A stretch of 64,000 bases of DNA, taken from positions 1 to 64,000 of the forward strand of contig JBJURY010222185.1 in NCBI GenBank assembly GCA_046269625.1. The letters are read 5' to 3'. The notes beneath the pieces were generated by a model. The model made no database searches. It was not told the origin of the DNA and was given only the letters and a program-made list of their open reading frames with translations. The stretch comes from Hausera hauseri (Eukaryota). Position 1 is the first letter of the stretch. The number at the start of each line of letters is the position of its first letter. A program made the translations under genes and the position numbers. This document shows, piece after piece, positions 27,174-36,866 of this stretch.

Positions 27174-27860
27174 ATGGCCGTCATCGTACCTGATCTGCCG
27201 GAACTCTTTGAGGAAGCCTTTGAGCGGGCTGGCCTCGAGATGCGCTCTGGGTACGATCTCAAGACGGCTCGTCGGTCCCTGAATCTGCTCACGCTCGAGT
27301 GGGCTAACCGCGGACTTAACTTGTTCACCATCGAGTCTGGCACGCTGGCGCTGACGGCGGGGGTCAAGACATATACGCTTCCGGCTGGGACTATCGACAT
27401 CATCGAGCACCAGCTACGTACGGGTACGGGCACTGCACAGGTAGATACCGCCCTCGAGCGCGTCTCTGTTTCGACCTACGCACAACAGACCAACAAGGAG
27501 ATCACCGGTCGCCCGACCCAAGTGTTCGTGCAGCGCCTTCCGACGAGCACGACGGTGACGTTCTGGCCCAAGCCGGACAACTCGCAGAGTTACACCCTGT
27601 TCTACTACCGCCTGAAAGGCATCGACGGGTTGGCCTCGGGCATCGGCGCAGACACCACCAACATCCCTCCGCGCTTCGTACCCGCCCTTGTGGCTGGTTT
27701 GGCCTACTACATCGCCATGAAGAAGCCGCAGGTCATGGACCGAGTGACGCCGCTGAAAGCGGTGTACGACGAGCAGTTTGATCTCGCCGCTGGCGAAGAC
27801 CGTGACCGCTCGTCTGTCATGTTCGTCCCGTTCAACACGATGATGATCGGGGGTGTCTGA
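27174..27860 (+). CDS. putative head-tail adaptor/connector
   Basis: EEAFERAG...GYDLKTARRSLNLL..EWANRG; position after the capsid genes. Confidence 0.6.
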   Translation: MAVIVPDLPELFEEAFERAGLEMRSGYDLKTARRSLNLLTLEWANRGLNLFTIESGTLALTAGVKTYTLPAGTIDIIEHQLRTGTGTAQVDTALERVSVSTYAQQTNKEITGRPTQVFVQRLPTSTTVTFWPKPDNSQSYTLFYYRLKGIDGLASGIGADTTNIPPRFVPALVAGLAYYIAMKKPQVMDRVTPLKAVYDEQFDLAAGEDRDRSSVMFVPFNTMMIGGV

Positions 27861-28180
27861 TGCCCGCATACGCACGGGGAAGTAAGGCCCTCGGCATCTG
27901 TGATCGCAGCGGCTTTAGCTACAAGCTCTCGGACCTCGTATGGGAGTACCAGAACGGGGTTAAGACTGGGTTCCGTGTAGGGCGGGACATCGCAGACCCG
28001 GACCAGCCCCAGAACTTCTTGGGCCGCTTGAAGATCAACGACCCACAAGCCCTGCAGAATCCTCGCCCTGACTATGCGCCGGGCAACGGGCTCTTCGGAT
28101 GGAATCCTGTTTGGAACCCTATTCAGGATATGGTAGGGTCTGTTGGAACCGTGACCGTGGTCACAGTTGATGGAGATTGA
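27860..28180 (+). CDS. hypothetical structural-region protein
   Basis: ICDRSGF.YK...D.DQPQ...DPQAL.NPRPD. Confidence 0.65.
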   Translation: MPAYARGSKALGICDRSGFSYKLSDLVWEYQNGVKTGFRVGRDIADPDQPQNFLGRLKINDPQALQNPRPDYAPGNGLFGWNPVWNPIQDMVGSVGTVTVVTVDGD

Positions 28181-28529
28181 GATGGAAACTTCGCCCCGCC
28201 CCAAGGCCAACCCGATGCGCGGTATGACCACCTCGCCCCGCCCCAAGGCCAACCCGATGCGCGGTATGACCACCTCGCTCCGCCCCAAGGCTAACCCGTT
28301 GAACGACCGCATGAGCCCGCTATCTATCGAGCGTCGTTCTACCCGCGAGATGGCCAAAGGTGGCAAACTCTCTGAATACGGCGGCAAAGAGACTTACAAG
28401 TCCAAGGCTGCTATGATGAAGCACGAGAAAGCCGAATCTCCCGCGAAAGAACGCGCAGAGAAAATGGCCTCTGGCGGTATGTGCCGGGGTATGGGCGCTG
28501 CCACTAAGGGTGGCAACTATAAGGGCTAA
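28170..28529 (+). CDS. basic protein with repeats and AxGG motifs
   Basis: TSPRPKANPMRGMT repeats; MAKGG and MASGG. Confidence 0.6.
   Translation: MEIEMETSPRPKANPMRGMTTSPRPKANPMRGMTTSLRPKANPLNDRMSPLSIERRSTREMAKGGKLSEYGGKETYKSKAAMMKHEKAESPAKERAEKMASGGMCRGMGAATKGGNYKG
28188..28298 (+). repeat. 42-bp coding tandem repeat (~2.6 copies)
   Basis: TCGCCCCGCCCCAAGGCCAACCCGATGCGCGGTATGACCACC. Confidence 0.85.
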
Positions 28530-28534
28530 GGCGA

Positions 28535-29185
28535 ATGAACTACACGCAGCTCACTCAGGCCCTGCAGGATTACTTGGAGACTTCGGAAACGAGCTTTGTC
28601 TCCAACATTCCTACATTTGTTCGGCAGGCCGAGGAGCGCATTTATCGCGCGGTGCAGCTTCCCGAGCTGCGTAAGAACGCCACAGCCTCCACGACGGCGG
28701 GCAATCAGTACCTTGCCCGTCCGTCAGATTTCCTTTCCGTGTTCTCTCTGGCCGTTGTCGACGGATCGGGGAACTACAGCTACCTCTACGACAAGGATGT
28801 CAACTTCATCCGCGAGGCCTACCCGGGCCCGTCAACGCAGGGGCTGCCGAAATACTACGCACAGTTTGACGGCGACCAGACAGGTACAGAAGGTAACTTT
28901 ATTCTCGGGCCGACCCCCAACTCGGCGTACACCGTAGAGCTGCACTACTACTATGACCCGCCGTCCATCGTAGATACCGGCACTTCGTGGCTTGGCACCA
29001 ACGCCGAGACCGCCCTCTTGTATGGCTCGCTTGTCGAGGCGTATACCTACCTCAAGGGGGACGCCGATATGCTGCAGCTCTACACAAACCGCTACATGGA
29101 CGCCATGGCGCAGCTCTTTGGTATCGATATTCGGTCCAAGCGCGACGACTACCGCGACGGCGTCAAGAGCGGCTCGGGGGTCTGA
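28535..29185 (+). CDS. putative tail tubular/adaptor protein
   Basis: MNY..L...LQDY.E...GPTP...Y.VELHY...LLYGSL.EAY.YLK. Confidence 0.65.
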   Translation: MNYTQLTQALQDYLETSETSFVSNIPTFVRQAEERIYRAVQLPELRKNATASTTAGNQYLARPSDFLSVFSLAVVDGSGNYSYLYDKDVNFIREAYPGPSTQGLPKYYAQFDGDQTGTEGNFILGPTPNSAYTVELHYYYDPPSIVDTGTSWLGTNAETALLYGSLVEAYTYLKGDADMLQLYTNRYMDAMAQLFGIDIRSKRDDYRDGVKSGSGV

Positions 29186-29187
29186 CT

Positions 29188-29466
29188 ATGCTCTCCTCAG
29201 CGGTAGGTTCTCCCTTCGTCGTAACCTCTACCAACGGCGGGCATAGCCCCGAACAGGTTGCAGCGCTCTGTGTTAACCGCTTGATTCAGGTGTCCGACAC
29301 GGCTCCGCCTGAGATTGCCATGCAGGCTAGGGCCTTCCGCGAGCAAATGTTGGCTGTCGTCCTGCACTATGTTAAGATGGCCGCAAGGGAAGACCGGGAG
29401 TCGGTCATAGCAAAACTCGAGCTGGCCGGTGCGGCTGACGTAGCTCAACAGATCAGGAGACTTTGA
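29188..29466 (+). CDS. hypothetical protein
   Basis: TS.NGGHSPEQVA...I.VSD.APP.I..QA.AF. Confidence 0.6.
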   Translation: MLSSAVGSPFVVTSTNGGHSPEQVAALCVNRLIQVSDTAPPEIAMQARAFREQMLAVVLHYVKMAAREDRESVIAKLELAGAADVAQQIRRL

Positions 29467-29467
29467 G

Positions 29468-29914
29468 ATGGCTTTCACTGGCAACGCTATGTGCACTTCG
29501 TTCAAGGGCCAGCTCCTTGAGGCCGTGCATGATTTCCGCGCTTCGGGCGGAGATACTTTCAAGTTGGCGCTCTACACCAACTCCGCCAGCTTTACCGCGG
29601 CCACCACTGCCTATACGGCCACCAACGAAGTCCCCAACTCGGGCACTTACGTTGCCGGTGGCGGTGCCCTGACTAATGTCGATCCGACAACGTCCGGCAC
29701 CCAGGCATTCACGGACTTCGCGGATTTGTCATTCACCTCGGCGACCATCACGGCTCGCGGTGCGTTGATCTACAACTCGACTCCGACGCACACATACACA
29801 GACCCGACCGTGGCAGTGCTCGATTTCGGGGCAGACAAGACCTCGACGACCGGTACGTTTACCATCCAGTTCCCTACCGCTGACGCAACAAACGCGATTA
29901 TTCGTATAAGTTAG
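29468..29914 (+). CDS. putative tail/structural protein
   Basis: CTSFK..LL...HDF...FKLALYT...ITARGALIYN...LDFG.DK. Confidence 0.7.
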   Translation: MAFTGNAMCTSFKGQLLEAVHDFRASGGDTFKLALYTNSASFTAATTAYTATNEVPNSGTYVAGGGALTNVDPTTSGTQAFTDFADLSFTSATITARGALIYNSTPTHTYTDPTVAVLDFGADKTSTTGTFTIQFPTADATNAIIRIS

Positions 29915-30006
29915 CGATACGGGGAATTGCGCCTGAAGTGTGGTATGGGTGTTGTTGAGGCTCTTACAACGCCAAAGGCGGCGAGGTTTTTGTAGGGAGG
30001 AGTGCC

Positions 30007-30975
30007 ATGGCTAACACGACCCTTACGGGATGGGGCCGTGGCACTTGGTCCTCTGGTCCTTGGGGCGAGGCTATTCCGGTTGAGGCTACCGGCGTAGCGG
30101 CCTCTGGGCAGGTAGGCTCTGTAACTGTCACCGGCACCGCCCTAGTACAGCCCGCCGGGGTATTTGCTACCGGTGCGGTTGGGAGTGTCATTGTAGCCGC
30201 CAACGCTAACGTCCCCGCCACAGGGGTATCGGCGACTGTTAGTGCGGGTTCCGTCGCTGTTACCGGATCAGCCGTTTTTGATGTCTCGGGTGTCTCTGGA
30301 ACATCGGCTCTCGGGGATGTCTCTGTCGATGCTGGGGCCATAGCCGCTGTCACAGGTCTGTCTGCCGCCACCGAACTCGGCACAGTCATCGCAGAGGCGG
30401 AAACAATTGTTCCTGTGGGCGGTGTCCAAGGTGACTCGCAGGTCGGAGAGGTATACGCGGCGGGCGTCACAATTGCTGAAGTCGCAGGCGTAGAGGCAGC
30501 CGCTGACGTTGGCTCCGTTATCGCAATCGGCTCCGCCAATGTGGGGGTTATCGGCTCCGCGGCCAACGGCGCAATCGGCTCTCCGGTAGTCACGGGCTCA
30601 GCGGTATTTTCTGTATCTGGGGTAAGTGCGACCGCCGCCGTCGGAACGGCTATAGCCTTCACCTCGGTGGTCGCCGCCGTATCTGGAGTATCCGCCACCG
30701 GCGCGATTGACTCCGTCACTGTTACGGGCTCTGCTGTTGTGGTTCCTATTGGCATCAGCGCCGTTGGGGCTGTCGGGCAGGCCGTCGTCTGGGGAGACAT
30801 TGTCCCGGTTCCCGGAACGGTTTGGGGGCCGTTTTCCCCTACTCCATCGACCTCTTGGTCTGGTTTTACCCCGACATCCAGTTCGGCATGGACGGAGGTC
30901 GATCCAGATGCTATAAATTCGTGGACCGGAGTGGACCCGTCCCCCGATACCACGTGGACAAACATCGCGGCGTGA
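30007..30975 (+). CDS. G/V/S/A-rich repetitive structural protein
   Basis: GWGRGTW N-terminus; repeated GVSAT..VG.V. Confidence 0.65.
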   Translation: MANTTLTGWGRGTWSSGPWGEAIPVEATGVAASGQVGSVTVTGTALVQPAGVFATGAVGSVIVAANANVPATGVSATVSAGSVAVTGSAVFDVSGVSGTSALGDVSVDAGAIAAVTGLSAATELGTVIAEAETIVPVGGVQGDSQVGEVYAAGVTIAEVAGVEAAADVGSVIAIGSANVGVIGSAANGAIGSPVVTGSAVFSVSGVSATAAVGTAIAFTSVVAAVSGVSATGAIDSVTVTGSAVVVPIGISAVGAVGQAVVWGDIVPVPGTVWGPFSPTPSTSWSGFTPTSSSAWTEVDPDAINSWTGVDPSPDTTWTNIAA

Positions 30976-30984
30976 GGATGACCT

Positions 30985-32577
30985 ATGCCTAGCACATACA
31001 CTTCGAACCTTGGTATCGAGCTTCCCGCCGACGGTGAACTCGACGGTGTTTGGGGCGATGTCGTCAACGATAATATGAGCATCATTGACCGTGCGGTTAA
31101 TGGCTCGCTGTCACTTTCCCTCAGTGGCACGTCCTCCACGCTCACCACCACGGATGGGGCCCTCTCGAACGGCCAGTACAAGCTTCTTGTGCTTGCTGGC
31201 TCCCCCAGCGGGACGCACACCATCACCATCGCGCCCAACGACGCCCAGAAGATTTACTTCGTCCGCAACACCACCGCCCAGAGCGTAGTGTTCACGCAGG
31301 GGTCCGGGGGCAACGTGACTATTGCCACCGGAGACACGGCCATCATCTACGCCGACGGCGGCGGATCGGGCGCAGGGGTTGTGAATCTGACCGATAACTT
31401 CGCCATGAACTCGGTGAAGATCACCGGGGGTACGATTACCGGCATTACCGATCTTGCCGTGGCTGACGGTGGTACCGGCGCGTCGGATGCCGCAACGGCC
31501 CGAACTAACCTCGGTCTCGGGACAATTTCAACTCAGAGCGCCGCTTCTGTTGCTATTACCGGCGGCACTATCTCCGGCATTACCGATCTTGCCGTGGCTG
31601 ATGGTGGCACTGGGGCATCTACCGCTGCGAACGCGAGAACAAACCTTGGACTGGTTATCGGCACAGATGTGCAGCCCTATGACGCAGAACTCACGGCGAT
31701 TGCCGCCCTTGCTGTCACTGATGGCAACTTCGTTGTTGGTAATGGTACGACTTGGGTGGCCGAAAGCGGGGCCACGGCGCGTACCTCACTCGGCCTTGGA
31801 AGCATTGCCACGCAGGCGTCCTCGTCTGTGTCCATCACTGGCGGCTCTATCACAGGCATCACTGATCTTGCTGTAGCTGACGGAGGTACTGGCGCTTCTG
31901 ATGCGGCGGGGGCAAGAACCAATCTCGGTCTCGGGACGATGGCAACACAGGGCTCCTCGTCTGTGACCATCACCGGAGGCTCAATCACAGGCATTACCGA
32001 TCTTGCCGTAGCCGACGGGGGTACCGGTGCGTCCGATGCAGCGACTGCGCGCACCAATCTTGGGGCACAGGCTACGATCACTGGCGGCGCAACCACCATC
32101 ACATCTTCTGACCTCACCGCGTCCCGCGCCCTTGTGTCTGACGCCTCCGGTAAGGTAGCCGTGAGTGTTGTGACCTCTACGGAAGTCGGCTATTTGGACG
32201 GCGTGACATCTTCGATCCAGACGCAGCTCGACAACCGGGTTACGGCCAATGCTGACGATGCGCTGACGGGGGGCTACACCACCACGGCAGACAACGATGG
32301 CACTATCTCCTCAGGTACTTACACCCCGACCCCTTCCGGCGGAAACATGAAGCGCATCGTCAACGGCGGCGCGTTCACGCTGGCCGACCCTACGGCAGCG
32401 GGTGATTACACGCTGGTCATTCAGATCACCAACAGTGCAAGTGCCGGGGCCATCACCATGTCAGGCTTCAGCAAGGTCATAGGAAAAGCGTTCACGACGA
32501 CCAGCGGGCATGATTTCTTCGTGTACATCACGAAGTGTAATGGCTTCATTCTTGCTAATGTGGTGGCTCTGCAATGA
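30985..32577 (+). CDS. tail fiber protein
   Basis: MPSTYT.NLGIEL...GE..G.WG head; four GITDLAVADGGTGAS.A..ARTNLG repeats. Confidence 0.8.
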   Translation: MPSTYTSNLGIELPADGELDGVWGDVVNDNMSIIDRAVNGSLSLSLSGTSSTLTTTDGALSNGQYKLLVLAGSPSGTHTITIAPNDAQKIYFVRNTTAQSVVFTQGSGGNVTIATGDTAIIYADGGGSGAGVVNLTDNFAMNSVKITGGTITGITDLAVADGGTGASDAATARTNLGLGTISTQSAASVAITGGTISGITDLAVADGGTGASTAANARTNLGLVIGTDVQPYDAELTAIAALAVTDGNFVVGNGTTWVAESGATARTSLGLGSIATQASSSVSITGGSITGITDLAVADGGTGASDAAGARTNLGLGTMATQGSSSVTITGGSITGITDLAVADGGTGASDAATARTNLGAQATITGGATTITSSDLTASRALVSDASGKVAVSVVTSTEVGYLDGVTSSIQTQLDNRVTANADDALTGGYTTTADNDGTISSGTYTPTPSGGNMKRIVNGGAFTLADPTAAGDYTLVIQITNSASAGAITMSGFSKVIGKAFTTTSGHDFFVYITKCNGFILANVVALQ

Positions 32578-33248
32578 GCTTTCCACTGATGCCAAACTCT
32601 GGGGACTACTCCATTTATGCCACCCCCACGGTGACATATGTGGCCCAGTACCGGAGCTCGTCTAACACCTATACGTACACCTTCTCCGCATCCGCGATTG
32701 GGACTGCGGCGGCTGATAGGCTCGTCGTTGTGTGTGCCATGATAAACGCTTCGGACAGCGGCTCTAGCTACGGCATCAGTTCGATAACAATCGGCGGCGT
32801 GGCTGCAACAATAGCCGTGGAAGCCGCTGGCGGGAAAAACAGCACAATCGGATACCGTCTTGTTACTACGGGTACAACGGCGGATATAGTCGTCACGCTC
32901 ACCGGCACCGGAACCCCCGGTCGCTGTGTCGTAAACATCTTCAACGTGAATGGATGGAGCAGTCAGACACCTGCGGCTACGAGCTCGAACACCAGCTCTG
33001 GGGCTGTGTCTTCTCTGTCAACATCAGCCCCAGCTTCCACGGGGGCCTGTGCGATTTCCTGCTGCTTCACATATGCAGAGATTACGCACACGTGGGGCTC
33101 ACCGTTTACTGAAGTTGCCGATCAGATCACGGAGGACAGCTCCACGACGGCGGCATACGCTCAGGGGCTGTCGGTTGGAACCCTCACGGCGACGGTAACA
33201 AATTCTGCCGCAGCAGAGTCCAATATGTCTCTGGCGGTGTGGGAGTGA
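32574..33248 (+). CDS. putative fiber tip/receptor-binding protein
   Basis: S/T/A-rich beta protein, ATGA-coupled to the fiber gene. Confidence 0.55.
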   Translation: MSFPLMPNSGDYSIYATPTVTYVAQYRSSSNTYTYTFSASAIGTAAADRLVVVCAMINASDSGSSYGISSITIGGVAATIAVEAAGGKNSTIGYRLVTTGTTADIVVTLTGTGTPGRCVVNIFNVNGWSSQTPAATSSNTSSGAVSSLSTSAPASTGACAISCCFTYAEITHTWGSPFTEVADQITEDSSTTAAYAQGLSVGTLTATVTNSAAAESNMSLAVWE

Positions 33249-33270
33249 TACTTAACATGGGGCGAGAAGT

Positions 33271-33588
33271 ATGCTGAACCTTAAGGATGGAGACCAAGTG
33301 CTTCGGTCTGTCGCGGAGGGATCGCGGTTTTCCCTGCCGAACGGAGATGTTGTATCCCCAGCTTACGCCGGGTGGGCAAGCGGGAGCTATTCTTTGGTCG
33401 AAGCCCCGGACACACCGGACATCGCGATAAGTCCGACAAAAGACGCGCAGGAGTTGAGCCGGAGGAACGCCTACATACATGAGTCGGACCCCCTGTTCTT
33501 CATGTCGCAGCGCGGAGAAGCAACTATTGAAGAATGGCAGGCCAAGGTCGCAGAGATCAAGGCCCGCTACCCATACCCTGCGGAGTAA
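33271..33588 (+). CDS. tail fiber-associated protein
   Basis: RR.AY..ESDPLFF..QRGEAT..EW.AKVAEIK.RYPY C-terminus. Confidence 0.6.
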   Translation: MLNLKDGDQVLRSVAEGSRFSLPNGDVVSPAYAGWASGSYSLVEAPDTPDIAISPTKDAQELSRRNAYIHESDPLFFMSQRGEATIEEWQAKVAEIKARYPYPAE

Positions 33589-33592
33589 CCCA

Positions 33593-33835
33593 ATGACCCC
33601 GGAAATGCTCTGGAGCCTTGGTCTATCAGCAGCACTCGGCCTGATCGGCTGGGTGCTGAAGAACCATGTCGAAGAAGTGAAGCGGCTGCAAATCCTGCTG
33701 AACAGAACGCGGGAAGAAGTCGCCAAGGACTACGTCACGCGGGCCGACATGCACACAGACATGAACCGGGTGATCTCGCGGCTGGATAACCTCGACAACA
33801 AGATCGACAGCATCCTACAGAGGTTGGCCAAGTGA
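33593..33835 (+). CDS. putative holin-like membrane protein
   Basis: one N-terminal TM segment plus coiled coil (REEVAKDYV..D). Confidence 0.5.
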   Translation: MTPEMLWSLGLSAALGLIGWVLKNHVEEVKRLQILLNRTREEVAKDYVTRADMHTDMNRVISRLDNLDNKIDSILQRLAK

Positions 33836-34047
33836 GACTAGTACTCGTCCTCTTGGTCGCTGGCTGCGGCCCTGTTAGTGTGTCGTCGGTGGCCTACACG
33901 ACGGCCTGCCCGAAAGGTGACCGCGAGTGCGAGATCAGACAGAACGCAGAAACGCTCTATTACATGAGCCACGTGGAAGCCGCCAACGCGCTGATGTGCA
34001 GTGGCGAGGCGCGGGATACTATGGGGGCGCTCTGCTCTGTCTACTGA
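33832..34047 (+). CDS. putative lipoprotein
   Basis: MRLVLVLLVAGC lipobox. Confidence 0.55.
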   Translation: MRLVLVLLVAGCGPVSVSSVAYTTACPKGDRECEIRQNAETLYYMSHVEAANALMCSGEARDTMGALCSVY

Positions 34048-34706
34048 TGACCCTGCCTGCCGCAGCCCAAGTAAATGGCGATCTGAATACCAACAGCGGC
34101 AACAACGACAGCACCATCGGGTCGAACAACACCGAAAACACCACTAACTACAATGGTGCCGGGTCTGCGCCGTTCTCTACGCCAGTGCCGACAGCCGCTG
34201 CGCCGACAGTCATGGGCGGCGGTGGCAACGATAGCTGCCTCATTCCCTACCAGCAGGCCTTCCAGATCAGCATCTTTGGCAGGGCCGAGGGCAAAATGGA
34301 GCAAGACCCTGAGTGCAATCGCCGCAAGGATGCGCGGTTGCTTGGCACCCCTCAGGAGGCCGGAGGCCTTGGACTGCAGGTAAGTGGCATCTCGGTCATG
34401 TGTGGGAGCCCGGCGATCTTCAAGGCGATGGCGTTGGCCAGCACTCCCTGCCCGATCTATTCCATAGAGACAGGCAAGCTGTTGGTGGGCCGCGAAGGCT
34501 ATCTCGCAATGCGTGACGAACCCTATATTTATGTGGTAGGATACTCCGGCGACCGGGCTTTCTGGGACGCCTTCCTGCGCATGAACGAGGAGCTACCTGA
34601 TGTCCTACCTCAAGAAAACACTGGCCCTCTTCTGTCTGAGCGCTTCCGCCGCTCACGCCGACCCGACGATAACGAACCTGCAGGGGTCAGCCCAAGCAAT
34701 CCTTGA
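33996..34706 (+). CDS. putative secreted Cys-containing protein (start uncertain)
   Basis: signal peptide ending LPAAA|Q; N-rich stretch followed by a Cys-containing domain. Confidence 0.55.
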   Translation: MQWRGAGYYGGALLCLLMTLPAAAQVNGDLNTNSGNNDSTIGSNNTENTTNYNGAGSAPFSTPVPTAAAPTVMGGGGNDSCLIPYQQAFQISIFGRAEGKMEQDPECNRRKDARLLGTPQEAGGLGLQVSGISVMCGSPAIFKAMALASTPCPIYSIETGKLLVGREGYLAMRDEPYIYVVGYSGDRAFWDAFLRMNEELPDVLPQENTGPLLSERFRRSRRPDDNEPAGVSPSNP

Positions 34707-35349
34707 CCAGCTGAACGCGGCCCAGAGTCTGACGGCGGGTGCGATTTACAGTGCGGACCAAGGCGATATCCTCGCACCGGGCGTCATGCAGGACGCCGCC
34801 ATCGCCGAACAGATGCGGCTGGATTACAACTCTGACATTCAGGGGGTGATCGACGCGACCTATTATAACGCGGAAATTCTGTTTCAGGATCAGCACGAAG
34901 CAGCAATGGCAAATCTCGATACGGCTGTCGATAACCTCGTTGCCGCAACTGCAGTTCTGATGGAGGTGCAGGTCATCGCCAACATGGCTGCCAACGCCGA
35001 CACCGTCCAAGAGCAGCTGGCCTTCCAGACTGTCCTGACCAGCAATGACATGACCATCAGCGCGGCTGACGTGAGCAACTATAACACCGCTCTCGGCGCG
35101 GTGCAGACCTATGCCCGCGATGCTGGTGCCTTCTTGGCAGCGTCTCGCAATGCCAGCATGACCAGCACGGTAGACGCCTATGCCGCCAACAGTGGAGCCA
35201 GCCTCTACGGGGCAACAGTGGCCTACAGCGCAACTGCCGACATTCTGAACGTCACCGCTGCTGGGGCCTTTGGCATCGGCTTCCAAGGCTTCTTGTCTAG
35301 CAACACCGTGACGCTCGAGGAAGTCTATGCCGCAGGGTATGGCTCGTGA
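34600..35349 (+). CDS. putative secreted protein
   Basis: GAGGAG RBS; signal peptide LALFCLSASAAHA|D; acidic and helical. Confidence 0.65.
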   Translation: MSYLKKTLALFCLSASAAHADPTITNLQGSAQAILDQLNAAQSLTAGAIYSADQGDILAPGVMQDAAIAEQMRLDYNSDIQGVIDATYYNAEILFQDQHEAAMANLDTAVDNLVAATAVLMEVQVIANMAANADTVQEQLAFQTVLTSNDMTISAADVSNYNTALGAVQTYARDAGAFLAASRNASMTSTVDAYAANSGASLYGATVAYSATADILNVTAAGAFGIGFQGFLSSNTVTLEEVYAAGYGS

Positions 35350-35777
35350 GCGAAGAGGCTGAAACCAATGGCCTGCGGATCGCAGGCTTTGACGTAAAGG
35401 GCTGGTGGCTTGCTGCCGCCCTGCCTGTCTTGTCCGGTATCAGCGGCACGATCTATTATGCCTACGACGTGGTGAACCGTTTCTGGGCTGTCGAGGAGAG
35501 CGTGGATGGCGTCTTGGGTGTCGAGAGCAGAGTGCAAACTCTGGAGCAGGCGATCCAAGATAACGACGTGCGGGGGCTCGCACCGAAGCTTAGCGCAATC
35601 TCGACCCAGATGGGGACGATCCTTGAGCAACAGAAAGACCTGATGAACCTTCGTTCCGTGGTCGAGAAGTCGGATAGCGTGACCAGCGGGCTGCAAGGCA
35701 AGCTGGAGAAATACGACGCCGAAATCGAAGACCTATGGAAGGCCATGGACGACCTAGTGAGGAACCCGATCCGATGA
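35346..35777 (+). CDS. membrane-anchored coiled-coil protein
   Basis: N-terminal TM segment followed by a coiled coil. Confidence 0.6.
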   Translation: MSEEAETNGLRIAGFDVKGWWLAAALPVLSGISGTIYYAYDVVNRFWAVEESVDGVLGVESRVQTLEQAIQDNDVRGLAPKLSAISTQMGTILEQQKDLMNLRSVVEKSDSVTSGLQGKLEKYDAEIEDLWKAMDDLVRNPIR

Positions 35778-35956
35778 TTGAGAAACTGATCTGGCTGGGC
35801 TTTGCCGCTGCAATTGGCGTAATCTTCTACCTGTCTGGCGACGGGTTCTACCGCTATACCTGCCAAGACCCGGCCAACTGGTCGAACTTGGAGTGCACCC
35901 CACCCATTTGCCTTCGCACCGGGATGTGTGCGGACGACCTGACAGGAGGTAACTGA
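35774..35956 (+). CDS. small Cys-rich membrane protein
   Basis: TM segment plus YRY.CQDP.NW...EC.PP.C...G.C. Confidence 0.6.
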   Translation: MIEKLIWLGFAAAIGVIFYLSGDGFYRYTCQDPANWSNLECTPPICLRTGMCADDLTGGN

Positions 35957-36240
35957 TGTCCCGTAAAGACGATCCAGAAGTGATGGAAGCCAAGCTGCGC
36001 TACTTCATCGGCGTGGCCCTGACCGTGATCCTCGGGGGCACGATCTTCGTGATCCTCTACTCGCTAGTCTTCGTGACCCAGCCGCTCGGCGAGAGCTCCG
36101 AGAATGACCGAAAGTTCTTCGAGCTGCTGACCCCCATCGCCTCGTTCATCGTTGGCGCGCTTGGGGGTGTGATGGCGGCGGGCAACAACCGCAACAAGGG
36201 TGGCAACGACGAGCCGCCGACGCAGGAGTACACCGAATGA
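35956..36240 (+). CDS. two-TM membrane protein
   Basis: LVFVTQP...SEND..FFELL.PIA.FIVG.LGG. Confidence 0.65.
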   Translation: MSRKDDPEVMEAKLRYFIGVALTVILGGTIFVILYSLVFVTQPLGESSENDRKFFELLTPIASFIVGALGGVMAAGNNRNKGGNDEPPTQEYTE

Positions 36241-36452
36241 TCGGACGCATCGTCGGGATGCTTGTTGGCCGCAAGCTGAAAGAAAAGGCCGTTGACGCAG
36301 TGCTGGACAAAGTGAACCTGCCTGACCCGGTGGAGGGCGCTATCAAGGTCGCGGTCACTGGAAACGTCGGTGACCTGCTGGGCAACATGGGCAAAGACAT
36401 GGCCAAGGACGCTGTCCTCGGTGCCGTCACCAAGAAGAAGCCAAAAAAGTGA
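36237..36452 (+). CDS. hypothetical protein
   Basis: coupled to both neighbours. Confidence 0.55.
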   Translation: MIGRIVGMLVGRKLKEKAVDAVLDKVNLPDPVEGAIKVAVTGNVGDLLGNMGKDMAKDAVLGAVTKKKPKK

Positions 36453-36856
36453 AGTGGCTCGTTGCCTTGCTCCTGTCGGCCAGCCCCGCGCTGGCCGCGC
36501 CATATGAGATCACCCGGGTGATAGATGGCGATACGGTAGAGATTGCGGTGGACTTTCTGCCCGAGCCTCTGCCGCCAAGACTTTCGATTCGGGTGATGGG
36601 CATCGACACCCCTGAGAAAGCACCGCGCGCCCAGTGCGATGCCGAGGCTGCCTTGGCCAAGAAGGCCAGCGCCTTCACGAAGAACGCTGTCGCCAACGCC
36701 CTTGAGGTCGATGTCGTGATCCTCAAATGGGACAAATACGGTGGCCGGGTGCTGGGTGAGGTCTATCTGGACCACCAGAGCCTTGCCGAAAGCCTCGTCT
36801 CCGCCGGGTTGGCCCGGCACTACAAAGGTGACGCCAAGCAGTCTTGGTGCGAATAG
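36449..36856 (+). CDS. thermonuclease (SNase-like) with signal peptide
   Basis: RVIDGDTV, IRVMGIDTPE and DKYGGRVLG motifs. Confidence 0.85.
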   Translation: MKWLVALLLSASPALAAPYEITRVIDGDTVEIAVDFLPEPLPPRLSIRVMGIDTPEKAPRAQCDAEAALAKKASAFTKNAVANALEVDVVILKWDKYGGRVLGEVYLDHQSLAESLVSAGLARHYKGDAKQSWCE

Positions 36857-36866
36857 GAGAACATAG

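Noticed and set aside
31430-32070. Tail fiber repeats as a DGR template/variable repeat pair
   Set aside because: Differences are mostly synonymous and not adenine-specific; no reverse transcriptase present
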